Below are positions 18,847-28,885 of a DNA stretch of 64,000 bases, piece by piece. The notes under the pieces were generated by a model. That model saw nothing but the letters and a program-made list of their open reading frames with translations, did no database searches and had not been told where the DNA came from. The first letter of the stretch is position 1, and each line of letters starts with the position of its first letter. The DNA comes from Ignavibacteria bacterium (GTDB lineage: Bacteria; Bacteroidota; Ignavibacteria; Kapaibacteriales; UBA4661): contig JAAFIV010000003.1 of NCBI GenBank assembly GCA_013298775.1, forward strand, positions 141,460-205,459, given 5' to 3'. Position numbers and translations under genes: made by a program.

Positions 18847-19953
18847 TTACTTCGCTATCAGAAAAAGAAACTCGTGGTTTGTGCCTTCTGCTTCTCGGAT
18901 CCATGCGTTTGTCCAGCGCATTTGCGCCATCACATTGCGCTTATAATCCACACGCCGCACATCAAGGATTTTCCCTGATTCTGACAGAATGTTGTGCAAA
19001 TCTTCTGCCGTCGCACGCCCGCCAGAACTGTACGACAGCACGATGTAACGAGCATTGGTGAGGCTAAGGAGGCGTTGCAAGGCTTCAACGGCGATGAATG
19101 TTCCGTTATCCGTTTGCCGAAATTCCTCAAAGATGGAAGCTGCTTGCGTGTCCCGCGAATCCTTGCGCCGTGCGGCTTTGCCAAAAATATGCGGTCGGTC
19201 GTTCAGGCAAATCGTTGTCCAGAGGTGATAGTAGGCGGCATAGCGCACCCGCGAGGGCGGCATTTTTTCATTGTTCGAGCCATATGGCGGGTCGAAGTAG
19301 GCAAGGTCGGCGTGGACGTGTTGGACAGTATCAAAAATGTTGTCGTGGTAGATTGTATGCGCTGTGTGGGAAGTTTTCTCAGGAGCAAGGAGGCGCGGAA
19401 GCGTGAGATGGAGTGCTTTGTAGGAGCGTGGCGACCACGCGCCCAAGTACGAGGCATAATGCCCAAGCGTGTTATCAACGCGGTCGAGAGCAAGAATCAG
19501 GCTTGTGATAAGGACAGAGCGTTCAATTTCTCCCACATTCAGGCGGTCAATTTCTTCGCGGATTGCGTCCAATTTGCGCGTGTTGTGGAGTTGCCAAGGT
19601 TTTTTCGCTTTTGCGGCAGTATTCGTGTCCGGCAGACCGCCATAATGCTCGCTAAACCAGCCATCCCTGCCTTGCACATTGTTCAAATAGTCCAGCAAGC
19701 CCTTATAATATGAGGCTTCGCGCCCATTTTTCAAATAACATTGTCCAAAGACTTTCGACCATACCGAAATATCATTAGCAATGACTTCATACCCCTGCTG
19801 TGCAAATGCCTGTGAAACCCGCGTCGTTCCTGAAAAGCCATCTAAAATTGAGCGAACACCCAAGGGCTGCACCATCTGAAGGATGTGCGGCAAGAGGCGT
19901 AGTTTCGAGCCTGCGTACTTGATTCCTTCGGTTTTGGGGCATTCGAGATTCAT
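18847..19953 (-). CDS. DNA adenine methyltransferase (D12/Dam-like class)
   Basis: IKYAGSKLRLL, SAM-binding DGFSGT, ANDISVW, catalytic YFDPPY; ATG at 19953 preferred. Confidence 0.88.
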   Translation of the reverse strand: MNLECPKTEGIKYAGSKLRLLPHILQMVQPLGVRSILDGFSGTTRVSQAFAQQGYEVIANDISVWSKVFGQCYLKNGREASYYKGLLDYLNNVQGRDGWFSEHYGGLPDTNTAAKAKKPWQLHNTRKLDAIREEIDRLNVGEIERSVLITSLILALDRVDNTLGHYASYLGAWSPRSYKALHLTLPRLLAPEKTSHTAHTIYHDNIFDTVQHVHADLAYFDPPYGSNNEKMPPSRVRYAAYYHLWTTICLNDRPHIFGKAARRKDSRDTQAASIFEEFRQTDNGTFIAVEALQRLLSLTNARYIVLSYSSGGRATAEDLHNILSESGKILDVRRVDYKRNVMAQMRWTNAWIREAEGTNHEFLFLIAK

Positions 19954-19976
19954 TGTGTTTTGTACCGTAAATTGAT

Positions 19977-20068
19977 GTGAGGTTCTCACTTCCCGAGTGA
20001 GGTTCTCACTTTGTCGCTTTGAACGGCAGGCAGAACGTGAGAGCCTCGCTAGGAAGCGAGACCCTCAC
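19977..20068. repeat. Repeat family C (GTGAGGNTCTCRCTTC units in a direct + inverted array)
   Basis: GTGAGGTTCTCACTT x2 ... GTGAGAGCCTCGC.AGGAAGCGAGACCCTCAC; also at 39413 and 51443. Confidence 0.85.
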
Positions 20069-20080
20069 TCTTGCAAATGA

Positions 20081-21424
20081 CTAAAACTTCTGCCAATCAT
20101 TATTATCCAAATACTTCGTATCAAATTCGCCGCTAATGAAATCTTTGTTGTCCATCATTTTCAGGTGGAAAGGAATTGTTGTTTGGATGCCTTCAATCAC
20201 AAATTCCTGCAAGGCGCGTTTCATGCGGGCAATAGCTTCGGTGCGGTTTTCGCCAATCGCAATCAGTTTTGCAATCATGGAATCGTAGTACGGCGGAATG
20301 GAGTAGCCCTGATAAATGTGTGAGTCAATGCGGATGCCAGGACCGCCCGGAAAATGTAGCGCGGTAATTGCGCCTGGCGAGGGGCGATAGTTGTGGTACG
20401 GGTCTTCAGCATTGATGCGGCATTCAATCGCATGGCGGCGCGGCACATCGTTTTTGATGGACAGCTTTTCGCCAGCAGCAACGCGGATTTGCTCTTTCAC
20501 AAGGTCAATTCCCAACGCTTCTTCGGTAACGGTATGCTCCACCTGAATCCGCGTGTTCATTTCCATAAAGTAGAATTTGCGGTGCTTGTCCACGAGAAAC
20601 TCAATCGTTCCTGCGCCTTCGTAGTTCACTGCCTGTGCGGCTTTGATGGCTGCTTCGCCCATTTGACGGCGCAAATCTTCATCCAAAATCGGCGATGGTG
20701 CTTCTTCAATCAATTTCTGGTGGCGGCGTTGAATCGAGCATTCACGCTCGTTCAGGTGAATGACGTTGCCGTATTTATCACCAAACACTTGAATTTCGAT
20801 GTGGCGCGGTTCTTCCACAAATTTTTCAATGTACAAGTCGGGATTGCTAAAGGCAGCTTCGGCTTCGGTGCGGGCTGTTACAAAGGCTTGCTCGACCATA
20901 TCCATCGAAGCTACGAAGCGCATTCCCTTGCCGCCGCCGCCCGCCGATGCTTTCATCATCACGGGAACGCCGATTTCTTCCACAAGTTTGCGAGCTTCTT
21001 CCAGCGTCGTGACAACGCCTTTGCTGCCCGGAATCACAGGAACACCCGCATCGCGCATGGTTTCTTTGGCGACGGATTTATTGCCCATTTTCTGGATGGA
21101 TTCTGGCTTCGGACCAATAAACACAAAGCCGCAATCGTTGCAAATCTCGGCAAAATCAGCATTCTCCGACAAAAAGCCGTAGCCTGGATGAATCGCCTCC
21201 GCCTCGCTAATTTCCGCCGCCGCAATAATCGAAGGCACATACAAATAACTTTGTTTGCTGGCTGCTTTGCCGATGCAAATTGCCTCGTCAGCAAAGCGCA
21301 CGTGCAAGGAATTACGGTCGGCTTCGGAATACACGGCAACTGTTTTGATACCGAGTTCGCGGCACGCACGAATGACGCGCAACGCAATTTCACCACGATT
21401 AGCAATAAGAACTTTCTTGAACAT
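20081..21424 (-). CDS. accC: Acetyl-CoA carboxylase biotin carboxylase subunit
   Basis: [57 protein letters not shown]. Confidence 0.97.
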   Translation of the reverse strand: MFKKVLIANRGEIALRVIRACRELGIKTVAVYSEADRNSLHVRFADEAICIGKAASKQSYLYVPSIIAAAEISEAEAIHPGYGFLSENADFAEICNDCGFVFIGPKPESIQKMGNKSVAKETMRDAGVPVIPGSKGVVTTLEEARKLVEEIGVPVMMKASAGGGGKGMRFVASMDMVEQAFVTARTEAEAAFSNPDLYIEKFVEEPRHIEIQVFGDKYGNVIHLNERECSIQRRHQKLIEEAPSPILDEDLRRQMGEAAIKAAQAVNYEGAGTIEFLVDKHRKFYFMEMNTRIQVEHTVTEEALGIDLVKEQIRVAAGEKLSIKNDVPRRHAIECRINAEDPYHNYRPSPGAITALHFPGGPGIRIDSHIYQGYSIPPYYDSMIAKLIAIGENRTEAIARMKRALQEFVIEGIQTTIPFHLKMMDNKDFISGEFDTKYLDNNDWQKF

Positions 21425-21529
21425 AATGTATCTTTCAGATGAAGAAAGGATGAAATCTGAGGGATGAGGGCTGAAGCGCACAATTTCGCACTCTTCACCC
21501 TTCAGCCTTCAAACTTCATCCTTTGCGTT

Positions 21530-22045
21530 TTAGTCAATTTCCAGAAGAACAAGCGGCTGATTGTACTCAACTGGCTGTCCGTTTTCAACAAGGATTTTTA
21601 CGACAGTTCCCGTTGCGTCGCTTTCGATTTCATTCATCAATTTCATTGCCTCAACAATACACAAGGTCGCGCCAACGGAAACCCGTGAGCCAACTTGGAT
21701 GAATGCGTCAGCATCGGGCGCGGGTGCGCGGTAGAACGTACCGACGATGGGAGAACACACTTGATGCGTTTTTTTGCCACCTGCGCTTTCTCCGCCTGTG
21801 CTTGCTGCGGGAGTGGCTTGTGCTGCTGCGCTTGGAGCGGCTTGCGCTGGAGGTGCAGCAGCCATTTGTTGTGGCTGCATCATCATTTGCGAGGGCATCA
21901 TAATGTGCTGCGGCGCAGTCATCATTGCTTGATGCTCGGACACCTTCGACATTTTCAGTTTTACCCCTTCTTCTTCAATTTCTAAATCAACGGCGGTGCT
22001 TTCGTCAAAGATTCTGAGTAAGCGGCGTAGATATTGTAAGTCCAT
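21530..22045 (-). CDS. accB: Acetyl-CoA carboxylase biotin carboxyl carrier protein
   Basis: [11 protein letters not shown], biotinyl-lysine EAMKLMNEI, Ala/Pro linker. Confidence 0.97.
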   Translation of the reverse strand: MDLQYLRRLLRIFDESTAVDLEIEEEGVKLKMSKVSEHQAMMTAPQHIMMPSQMMMQPQQMAAAPPAQAAPSAAAQATPAASTGGESAGGKKTHQVCSPIVGTFYRAPAPDADAFIQVGSRVSVGATLCIVEAMKLMNEIESDATGTVVKILVENGQPVEYNQPLVLLEID

Positions 22046-22105
22046 GTTTGTCGAAGGCTTAAAGATGAAACAAAATTTTTGGTTGCGATAGATATTGGAG
22101 TGTTT

Positions 22106-22207
22106 CCCTCACCCCGCTCTTGCGAGCGACCCTCTCCCAAAGGGCGAGGGTTTTCCAAAGGCTTATTTTCTGAAGCCCTCTCCCTTTGGGAGAGGGTTGG
22201 GTGAGGG
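22106..22207. repeat. Repeat family D, intergenic copy
   Basis: CCCTCACCCCGCTCTTGCGAGCGACCCTCTCCCAAAGGGCGAGGG...CCCTCTCCCTTTGGGAGAGGGTTGGGTGAGGG. Confidence 0.92.
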
Positions 22208-22324
22208 AAATTTAGCGCGGCAATTTAGCCAGAAAAAACAACAGTACAAGAGCAAAAAAATGGCATTGCCTAAAAGAAATTTCTTCTCCCAAACAATACC
22301 ACAAAAGCCAACTATGCTAAAACA

Positions 22325-22357
22325 CAGACGGCGTAGAATTGTGATTCTACGCCGCTT
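22325..22357 (-). terminator. Hairpin downstream of efp
   Basis: CGGCGTAGAAT-loop-ATTCTACGCCG. Confidence 0.5.
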
Positions 22358-22373
22358 TCGTGTTTATTGTTTT

Positions 22374-22937
22374 TTATACTTTCACACGTTCCATGTACCC
22401 ACCAGTATCGGTGTCAATACGCACGGAATCGCCCTCGTTTACGAAAATCGGCACTTGAAATACTGCGCCAGTTTCCATTGTTGCGGGCTTCATAATGTTG
22501 TTTACCGAATCGCCTTTTACGCCGGGTTCGGTTTGAACTACTTTTAAGACAACGTGTTGCGGAAGCTCTACCGAGAGAATTTCGGTGTCGTTGAACGTGA
22601 TAAATACGTCCGATGCTTCTTTCAAAAAGGCAGCGTTATCACCAACGTTTTTCTCAGAAACGTTGATTTGCTCATAGCTGTCTTTGTCCATGAATACGAA
22701 GCTGTCGCCATCTTTGTACAGATATTGAAATTCTTTTTTCTCAACGCGCAAGAATTCAAGCGATTCGCCAGAACGGAAGCGTTCTTCGAGGAGCTTTCCA
22801 CTGCGAAGATTCCGCATTTTTACTTGGTAGAATGCGCGAAGGTTTCCAGGAGTGCGGTGGGTGGATTCCAAGATGAGGCATGGCTCGTTGTTGAGCTTTA
22901 AAACTGCGCCTTTTCTCAAATCTGCTGTTGTTGCCAT
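22374..22937 (-). CDS. efp: Elongation factor P
   Basis: HRTPGNLRAF loop, FQYLYKDG, TEPGVKGDS, KPATMETG, VPIFVNEG. Confidence 0.96.
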   Translation of the reverse strand: MATTADLRKGAVLKLNNEPCLILESTHRTPGNLRAFYQVKMRNLRSGKLLEERFRSGESLEFLRVEKKEFQYLYKDGDSFVFMDKDSYEQINVSEKNVGDNAAFLKEASDVFITFNDTEILSVELPQHVVLKVVQTEPGVKGDSVNNIMKPATMETGAVFQVPIFVNEGDSVRIDTDTGGYMERVKV

Positions 22938-22972
22938 AGTGCGAGATATTGTACAAAAATGTTGTAAAATTG

Positions 22973-23043
22973 AGGAGACGAGCGGACTTGAACCGCTGTA
23001 AAAGGTTTTGCAGACCTCTGCCTAACCGCTCGGCCACGTCTCC
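22973..23043 (-). tRNA. tRNA-Cys (GCA); CCA not encoded
   Basis: Minus strand GGAGACGTGGCCGAGCGGTTAGGCAGAGGTCTGCAAAACCTTTTACAGCGGTTCAAGTCCGCTCGTCTCCT folds as a cloverleaf with anticodon GCA and discriminator U. Confidence 0.95.
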
Positions 23044-23151
23044 TTTGCTTTCTGAACCAATTCATTTTTCTGGTACAGATTACAAAATTACAACATTTAC
23101 AGATATTTACAAAAATCTTTTCGCGGTGTGAAATGAGAACGGTGACAAAAT

Positions 23152-24495
23152 TCAGGAATGAAGGTCATTGGGAAACGTTGTTTGCAAAAAGGTTGCCACC
23201 GAAAGCGAGCGATAATCCGTCTGCGTGGGCGCGAGCCGCGTGTAGATTCCACGCGCCTTTCCGCCGAGAAGATACACTCCATAATTTGGAATAAAACCAT
23301 CGTCCGTCGGTGCGGCATCGAAAAATTCCTGCACAATCCAGCGCGTGGGAATGGCTTGCTGTAAGGAGCGTTGCCAGAGGTCTGGTGCCACATTTCGCCC
23401 AACAATGACTTCATCGCCTTCGCAGCCGTAGTCGGATTTTAGCACGTAGTTGTGCTGTCCGGCGATAAGTTTTTCTTGGAGAGTTTCTTCGTCAATGTCG
23501 CATAAACGCTGGGTTGGCGGGATATAGCGGCGTATTGTTTCTTGAGCGAAGGCAGAAAAAAGCTCTGGAAATTGGTGGAAAAATGCCATCGTCAGTTTGT
23601 TTTGCGTCAGCACTGCACCGAAAGGATTAAACACGCGCAAACGTCCATTTGATGAGGCTTCGAGGGCAACTGCTAGTTCGCGGTGCAAGGGGTCGGGGTC
23701 GGGAAAATCTTCGCCGTCTAGCCAGACGGATTCGCGCTCCGCCCACCAATCCGTTTTGTAGTGCCGCAGAAGAATATCTATTTTCTCATCAAACATAGCT
23801 GCAGAGCCGTCTTCAAGCAAATGCAAATTGTACGGCGAACCCACAACGACCTCGAAGCCCGCACCAATAAGCCATTCTTGGTAGCATAAAATCATGGACA
23901 AATCTTCGGGCTGCTCAGTCGGAAACACAATACCGATGCGCTGTTTTGGCGAATTGTCCTTGTTCGTTGGTGGTGCAGCGAAGGATTGCACCATTGCGCA
24001 AAAGTCGTGGATAAAATGCACGTTAGGATTGAGAAGCGAGTTGTAGTGAGGCATTGCGGCAAAAAGAATCTCATTTAGCAAAACCGCTTCGGCTTCGCCG
24101 CTTGGCGTGTCGGAGTTCATTTCGCAAGTACGAATTGAGCCGTCGGGAAGAAGAAACAAGTCCAGACGTGCGATGCCGTGCCATTCGCCGCCAGAGGCGA
24201 ACCACATGAGCCGCTCGTAGGGCGTGAGGGAGAAGAAATCCAGCAAGGACGGCGTTTGGAGGGTAATTGTACAGAGTTCGTCGTACAATGCGCCAATGCG
24301 CTCGGCAGCTTCGGAGAGGCGTAGATAGGTGCTTTCGGGCAGGATAATCGGTGCAAGGCGAAACCGCTCTTTTCCGTCCAGCCAAGGGTCGCTGATGCGG
24401 TTTGTGCGCTGAAGTGCTTCGGCAAAAGCGGTGTAGCTGGGGAAGTTTGGGAGAAGTGCCATGAGTGCAGCGTTGAGAATTGTAGTCCGACCCAC
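23152..24495 (-). CDS. Glutathionylspermidine synthase-family / circularly permuted ATP-grasp ligase
   Basis: ARLDLF, CEMNSDTPSG, VLTQNK, YVLKSDYGCEGDEV, WIVQEF, YGVYLLGG; start may be the ATG at 24462. Confidence 0.75.
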   Translation of the reverse strand: MGRTTILNAALMALLPNFPSYTAFAEALQRTNRISDPWLDGKERFRLAPIILPESTYLRLSEAAERIGALYDELCTITLQTPSLLDFFSLTPYERLMWFASGGEWHGIARLDLFLLPDGSIRTCEMNSDTPSGEAEAVLLNEILFAAMPHYNSLLNPNVHFIHDFCAMVQSFAAPPTNKDNSPKQRIGIVFPTEQPEDLSMILCYQEWLIGAGFEVVVGSPYNLHLLEDGSAAMFDEKIDILLRHYKTDWWAERESVWLDGEDFPDPDPLHRELAVALEASSNGRLRVFNPFGAVLTQNKLTMAFFHQFPELFSAFAQETIRRYIPPTQRLCDIDEETLQEKLIAGQHNYVLKSDYGCEGDEVIVGRNVAPDLWQRSLQQAIPTRWIVQEFFDAAPTDDGFIPNYGVYLLGGKARGIYTRLAPTQTDYRSLSVATFLQTTFPNDLHS

Positions 24496-24510
24496 ATATT
24501 TGCGCGTCTT

Positions 24511-24582
24511 GTGGCGCAGACAGGAGTGTTACGCGCTACCAGCAAGAACGGGCTTCGGTAGAACAGACACTCCTGTCTGTTC
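24511..24582. repeat. Repeat family B pair
   Basis: GTGGCGCAGACAGGAGTGTTACGCGCTAC...GGCTTCGGTAGAACAGACACTCCTGTCTGTTC. Confidence 0.85.
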
Positions 24583-24596
24583 ATTAGCACGAGTAT

Positions 24597-25229
24597 TTAT
24601 GCGGCTTGTGTGCTATCGCCCTCGTTATCTCGCTCGTTTTTATGCGGTTTAGAGGCATCTTTTTGGAATATCTTCGCTGTGGTGCGGGTTTCGAGTGTGC
24701 GCACGAGTTCTTTTCTCATGCTGTGCGTCATGCGGCGGCGAAATTCCTTTACTTCTTTGCCTGTGGCTTCTTCTTTTTCGGTGTAGTAGAGAATAACGGT
24801 GTCCCACACAGGGTCGGTTTCGACTTCCACGAGGTGAATCAAATCGTAGCGCACCAAACGCCAGCCTTCCTCGAAAATATTCCGCCCAACCATGCCGAGC
24901 GTCTTGATTTGAAGCCGTTGTTGGTGCATCCGATAGAAAAATTGCACGAAGTTAATACCAAGCGAAAGCGGCATCACGTACAGCTCGATGCGGGCTTCGT
25001 CCCACGAAAGCGCGATGTAAATGAATAGCAAAATAAGACTAAAAATAAAGCAGAGAATCCCAATCATAAGCGGGTCGTAGGCGGTGTCGAGATCTTCGCC
25101 GAGCTTTACTTCTTTTGCGGCAAATTCATCCAACATCTGCCGAAAAGCCGTTGCCCCAAACGCCAAGAGCGAATAGATAAACGCCAGAAAACAAGCGTAC
25201 GCGAGAACTTTGGGGTCGAAATTACCCAT
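24597..25229 (-). CDS. Hypothetical membrane protein (3 TM + C-terminal PH-like soluble region)
   Basis: 210-aa ORF with hydrophobic segments, co-oriented with its neighbours. Confidence 0.7.
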   Translation of the reverse strand: MGNFDPKVLAYACFLAFIYSLLAFGATAFRQMLDEFAAKEVKLGEDLDTAYDPLMIGILCFIFSLILLFIYIALSWDEARIELYVMPLSLGINFVQFFYRMHQQRLQIKTLGMVGRNIFEEGWRLVRYDLIHLVEVETDPVWDTVILYYTEKEEATGKEVKEFRRRMTHSMRKELVRTLETRTTAKIFQKDASKPHKNERDNEGDSTQAA

Positions 25230-25435
25230 GATATTTGTGGGAAAGGTGTGTGCGAAAGCTCACGATAAAAGAGCGTGGTGCAATATTACACAAAACACCG
25301 CACTATCAATCAAGCGTTCCGTAGAATGCGAAGAAAAGATTGCAACTGGTCGTATCCCTCGCAGACGACGGAACGTAGATTACAGGATTGGCAGGATATA
25401 CAGGATTTTTTTCTTTTCAAAGATGCGGAATCGTT

Positions 25436-26098
25436 TTAAAATATCTGTCCTATTCCGCAACTCAAAATGCCGCCCAAAAACGCATTGGAAATCACGCCGC
25501 GTAATTGCGCATTCAAAAAATGCTTTTCTGTAAGAGGAATATTCGCGCCAAACGTTGCTGCTACACCATACAGCAAACGGGGTCGAAATATTATTGTTCC
25601 TTCTTGTAAGGATTGGTATTCAACATAGCGTGATGATGAAAAAGCTAGTCCTGAAGAGGCTTCTATGCCCAAAGAAAACAAACCAAAATGATGTTCAATT
25701 CCCCAAAAGACAGGCACAACAATCGTTTGTTGTGTATATCGTTGTTTTCTCGTCAAGGCAAATAATGTTTCTTCCCAAGGCAAGCCATCAAATTCATTGC
25801 CGCATCGCCAACGCACAATACCTGTGTCTTCAAAAGAATTGATAGTGCTTCCTGCCCCCAATGCCGCATGAATACTCCACGCTGGGACGAAGCGATACGC
25901 AACTTTTGCCTCGAAAAATGGAAGAGTAATGTTGTTGATAAGATTATACTCCCATGATGTTGGTTGCCAAGCCGAAGCAGGATAGCCAATAAGCACACTT
26001 GCTGAGAATATTGCCGAAGAATCAAGATTTTGTGCGCTCTGTAAGTGAAAAGGAAGGCAAAATAGCGCAAGAAAGCATGGTATGAGAAGAGATTTCAT
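25436..26098 (-). CDS. Hypothetical outer-membrane beta-barrel-like protein
   Basis: Signal peptide MKSLLIPCFLALFCLPFHLQSAQ; alternating beta-strand pattern; terminal Phe. Confidence 0.6.
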   Translation of the reverse strand: MKSLLIPCFLALFCLPFHLQSAQNLDSSAIFSASVLIGYPASAWQPTSWEYNLINNITLPFFEAKVAYRFVPAWSIHAALGAGSTINSFEDTGIVRWRCGNEFDGLPWEETLFALTRKQRYTQQTIVVPVFWGIEHHFGLFSLGIEASSGLAFSSSRYVEYQSLQEGTIIFRPRLLYGVAATFGANIPLTEKHFLNAQLRGVISNAFLGGILSCGIGQIF

Positions 26099-26203
26099 GA
26101 TTGCTTCAAAATTGAAAAACATAAAACCGCTTAAAGAGCAGCATTTGTTGGGCGTGCAGCTCTTCAAGCGGGGAGCAAATTTATTCGATTACTTTCGCAA
26201 AAT

Positions 26204-28612
26204 TTACAACTTCACGAGCTTCACCGTATAACGATTCTGTGGTGTTTGGATAATCAGCATATACATTCCCGCCGCGACGGTCGAGCCGTCTTGCGCCAAG
26301 CCGCGCCATGCGTAGTTCAAGCGTCCACCAGAAATTGCGCTGATGGGCATGGGCAAAATTAAGCGTCCAAGCATATCGTAAATGCCCATCGTTACGGTGC
26401 CGGGCGTGAATGTTTCCGAGAGCGCGACGGAAATAACGGTTTCTTCGCTGAAGGGATTCGGTGTGATATTCGCTATTGCCGTTACGGAATTATTGCTGTT
26501 GCTGCCTGTCAGACGTGTTCCCGCCGCAAAATCTGCTGTTGAAGAAACGCTGGTCAATGCTGCGCCGCCAAAGGATGGCAACACCGACGGTGCGCCAGAG
26601 CGTATTGCTACATCCGTACCGCCACCGCCCGTGCTAGGCGCGGTGCAGGTTGCGCAGACTTTTGTGGTGTCGTTGGGTTCGAGCGCGAGAAAGGCGGTAT
26701 AGCGCGAGAGGACGCGGCTTTGAACGCTTTGCGCAATAATTTCGCGGGTAACAGTGGAAGTCGGAACATTCGCCGTAACGCCGCGTGAAGGCACGGCGTA
26801 GTAGTAAAAATATCCGCCCAAACTGCTTTCCAAGGTGTTGATGTAATTCCCCACCCACGCGCTTTTGGTGATGGAATCGCCTTGCTGTATCTCGCTTTGC
26901 GGCATATCAAGCGTGCGCACAAAGGATTGCCCATTGTAAAAACCGCCTGCTTGCACAGAAAATACGCCACTTCCGACCATTTTCCCGACTTGCAAAATCG
27001 TATTGTTTGCGGGCAGCATCGTCAGCAAGGGCTGTGTTTGTGCGCCATTGGTGTTTGTTCCCACGAGAAAACGATTGTAGCAGAAGCCTTCTTTCACGTT
27101 GGTTTGGAGGTCTGCCAGTTGCAAGTTCGCGCCCACAGCAGCAATCGCGCCCGATAGCACTGTTTCCAAGCGACCACTGGAACGGATGTGGAAATATGTG
27201 CCTTTCGACCGCTCTGCAAGCGCGTTGTAGAGGTATTCATTCGCAGCGTAATTCACCGAGCGAATCGTGTACCATGAATAATTTTTGTTCGCAACATCGG
27301 CAATATGAATAGGCGGAAGCGGCTTTACGACATTCTCTAAAAACTGCACAAGCTGATTTGTTGCGGCTTCGCTGCCATTGCCATCGGAATTCGACAAGAG
27401 TAGCACCGATACGCCCGCAGTACCTGTTGGCAGGTTTCTAATATCGCCCATCGCACTAACCAAAAGGCGCGGCAAATTGCTAAAAAACGTCGGCATCGTG
27501 AGAACGCTTGAAAACTGACGTTCAATCGTGGCAGAGTCCGCCGCTACCCACGTGGGGCTGAGGCGGCGCACACCAGAGCCGCTCACAATATCGGAAATGA
27601 TGATATTGAACGAATCACGCGGCGTGAAGTTCTGCCGCATGAGTCTTTTCGCGGTGTTCACGATTTCGGCAAGTTCGGCGGTGCTACGCCCAGCGTCGTA
27701 ATCAATCAAGACCAGCGATTTCCGCGTGATACTTTGCCCCAAGACCTGAATCGGCGAAAATGCCATTTGGTAATACCGCTCGCTGCCTTGCGTGAAGCTC
27801 TGCACAAACAAGCCATTGCGCATGGGCGAGTCCCATTCCACAAATGCAGAACCCGACCTTCTCAGCGTCGCGCCTTGCAGCGTACCAGCCAGCACAATTT
27901 GGCTCGTTGCGCGGTCAATCGTTTCGGTGAGACGTTCAAGCGGAGCAAGTGCTAATGCGGTTCCGGTGGTTGTTCCCGTCACGGTAAGACGTGCGTTTTT
28001 CCAAGTGGATGAGGGATGAACAATCAAACGAAGCGGCACATTTGCCCACGAAGCGCGGAGCATTTCCAAGGGCAAAAAGCTCTGAACGCCGCTTGCAGCC
28101 CAGGTTGTCGGCATAATGTAAGAAATTTTTACTTTGCGTGTTTCGTTGCCTTGCATTGGGAAAATGCGCAGCGTGTAGCTGCCGTAGTATTCTTTGGTGA
28201 GCAGCGACGGGTCGCGCCGGCGTTGGACAATGCTTTCGTAGGTGTTGGAGGCAGTTGCGCGGTCGAAAATTTTTGCCTGCACGATGCTATCGCCCACCCA
28301 AAGCCAAGAATCGGTCACGTGCGCGTCAGGCGGCAAGGCAAAGGAAAACGTGATTTCAAGCGTATCTTTCACGCTAGTCGCATTCGAGCCACGCGAGGAA
28401 AAGGTGAAAAAGAGGTCGTTTTCGGTGTAAATGCCGCGTGGCTTCACAACGAGCGTTGCTTCTTCGATGCTGCCCTGACCGCCTATACGCCAGTTCCCAC
28501 GCGGGTCGGCGACGTTCAGGTAAGCACTTTGCGCAAAAAGCACGAGCGGAATAAGCAGGGCAGCTACCCAGACGAGCAGCATCACCGCACAACGGAGAAT
28601 CAGGGCTTTCAT
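26204..28612 (-). CDS. Secreted VIT-domain protein with vWA-like middle region and T9SS/FlgD-like C-terminal domain
   Basis: Signal peptide; LEITFSFALPPDAHV...YESIVQRRRDPSLL...RIFP (VIT); VLSRYTAFLALE; C-terminal PNPFS...IYDMLGR...WRG..QDG..VAAGMY...KLVKL. Confidence 0.8.
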   Translation of the reverse strand: MKALILRCAVMLLVWVAALLIPLVLFAQSAYLNVADPRGNWRIGGQGSIEEATLVVKPRGIYTENDLFFTFSSRGSNATSVKDTLEITFSFALPPDAHVTDSWLWVGDSIVQAKIFDRATASNTYESIVQRRRDPSLLTKEYYGSYTLRIFPMQGNETRKVKISYIMPTTWAASGVQSFLPLEMLRASWANVPLRLIVHPSSTWKNARLTVTGTTTGTALALAPLERLTETIDRATSQIVLAGTLQGATLRRSGSAFVEWDSPMRNGLFVQSFTQGSERYYQMAFSPIQVLGQSITRKSLVLIDYDAGRSTAELAEIVNTAKRLMRQNFTPRDSFNIIISDIVSGSGVRRLSPTWVAADSATIERQFSSVLTMPTFFSNLPRLLVSAMGDIRNLPTGTAGVSVLLLSNSDGNGSEAATNQLVQFLENVVKPLPPIHIADVANKNYSWYTIRSVNYAANEYLYNALAERSKGTYFHIRSSGRLETVLSGAIAAVGANLQLADLQTNVKEGFCYNRFLVGTNTNGAQTQPLLTMLPANNTILQVGKMVGSGVFSVQAGGFYNGQSFVRTLDMPQSEIQQGDSITKSAWVGNYINTLESSLGGYFYYYAVPSRGVTANVPTSTVTREIIAQSVQSRVLSRYTAFLALEPNDTTKVCATCTAPSTGGGGTDVAIRSGAPSVLPSFGGAALTSVSSTADFAAGTRLTGSNSNNSVTAIANITPNPFSEETVISVALSETFTPGTVTMGIYDMLGRLILPMPISAISGGRLNYAWRGLAQDGSTVAAGMYMLIIQTPQNRYTVKLVKL

Positions 28613-28637
28613 AACGGTTTCCTTGTAAAAAATTGAG

Positions 28638-28783
28638 GTAACTGCTCAGGTATCTTCTCGTCGGGCGGCTGTTATCACAAGTACAGTTGCCGTCCGGCGA
28701 GTGCTGCACAAGCGACTCACTCGCCGGACGGCAGCGTATCTGCACTCCTCAGCCGCCCGACGAGAGAATATCCGACCAGTTAC
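28638..28783. repeat. Repeat family A with outer GTAACTG.TCAGG/CCGACCAGTTAC arms
   Basis: Nested inverted repeats are directly visible. Confidence 0.9.
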
Positions 28784-28885
28784 AAATTGAGAATAATTTG
28801 AGTTTTCAGAGGCGAAAATTGTGTATCTATGAAGGAAGAAACACGAGCAGGAAAAAAGTCACAAAGCTCTGTGCAATGAAGTTTG

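Noticed and set aside
20393..21442. Long antisense ORFs (e.g. 20393-21442, 58856-59947, 62291-63361)
   Set aside because: Shadow frames opposite well-supported genes, with no recognisable motifs.
22095..22547. 150-aa + strand ORF
   Set aside because: Built from the family D repeat and the antisense strand of efp.
22973..28612. tRNA-Cys as an integration site for an island
   Set aside because: No integrase and no duplicated tRNA 3' end were seen; efp lies directly downstream of the tRNA.
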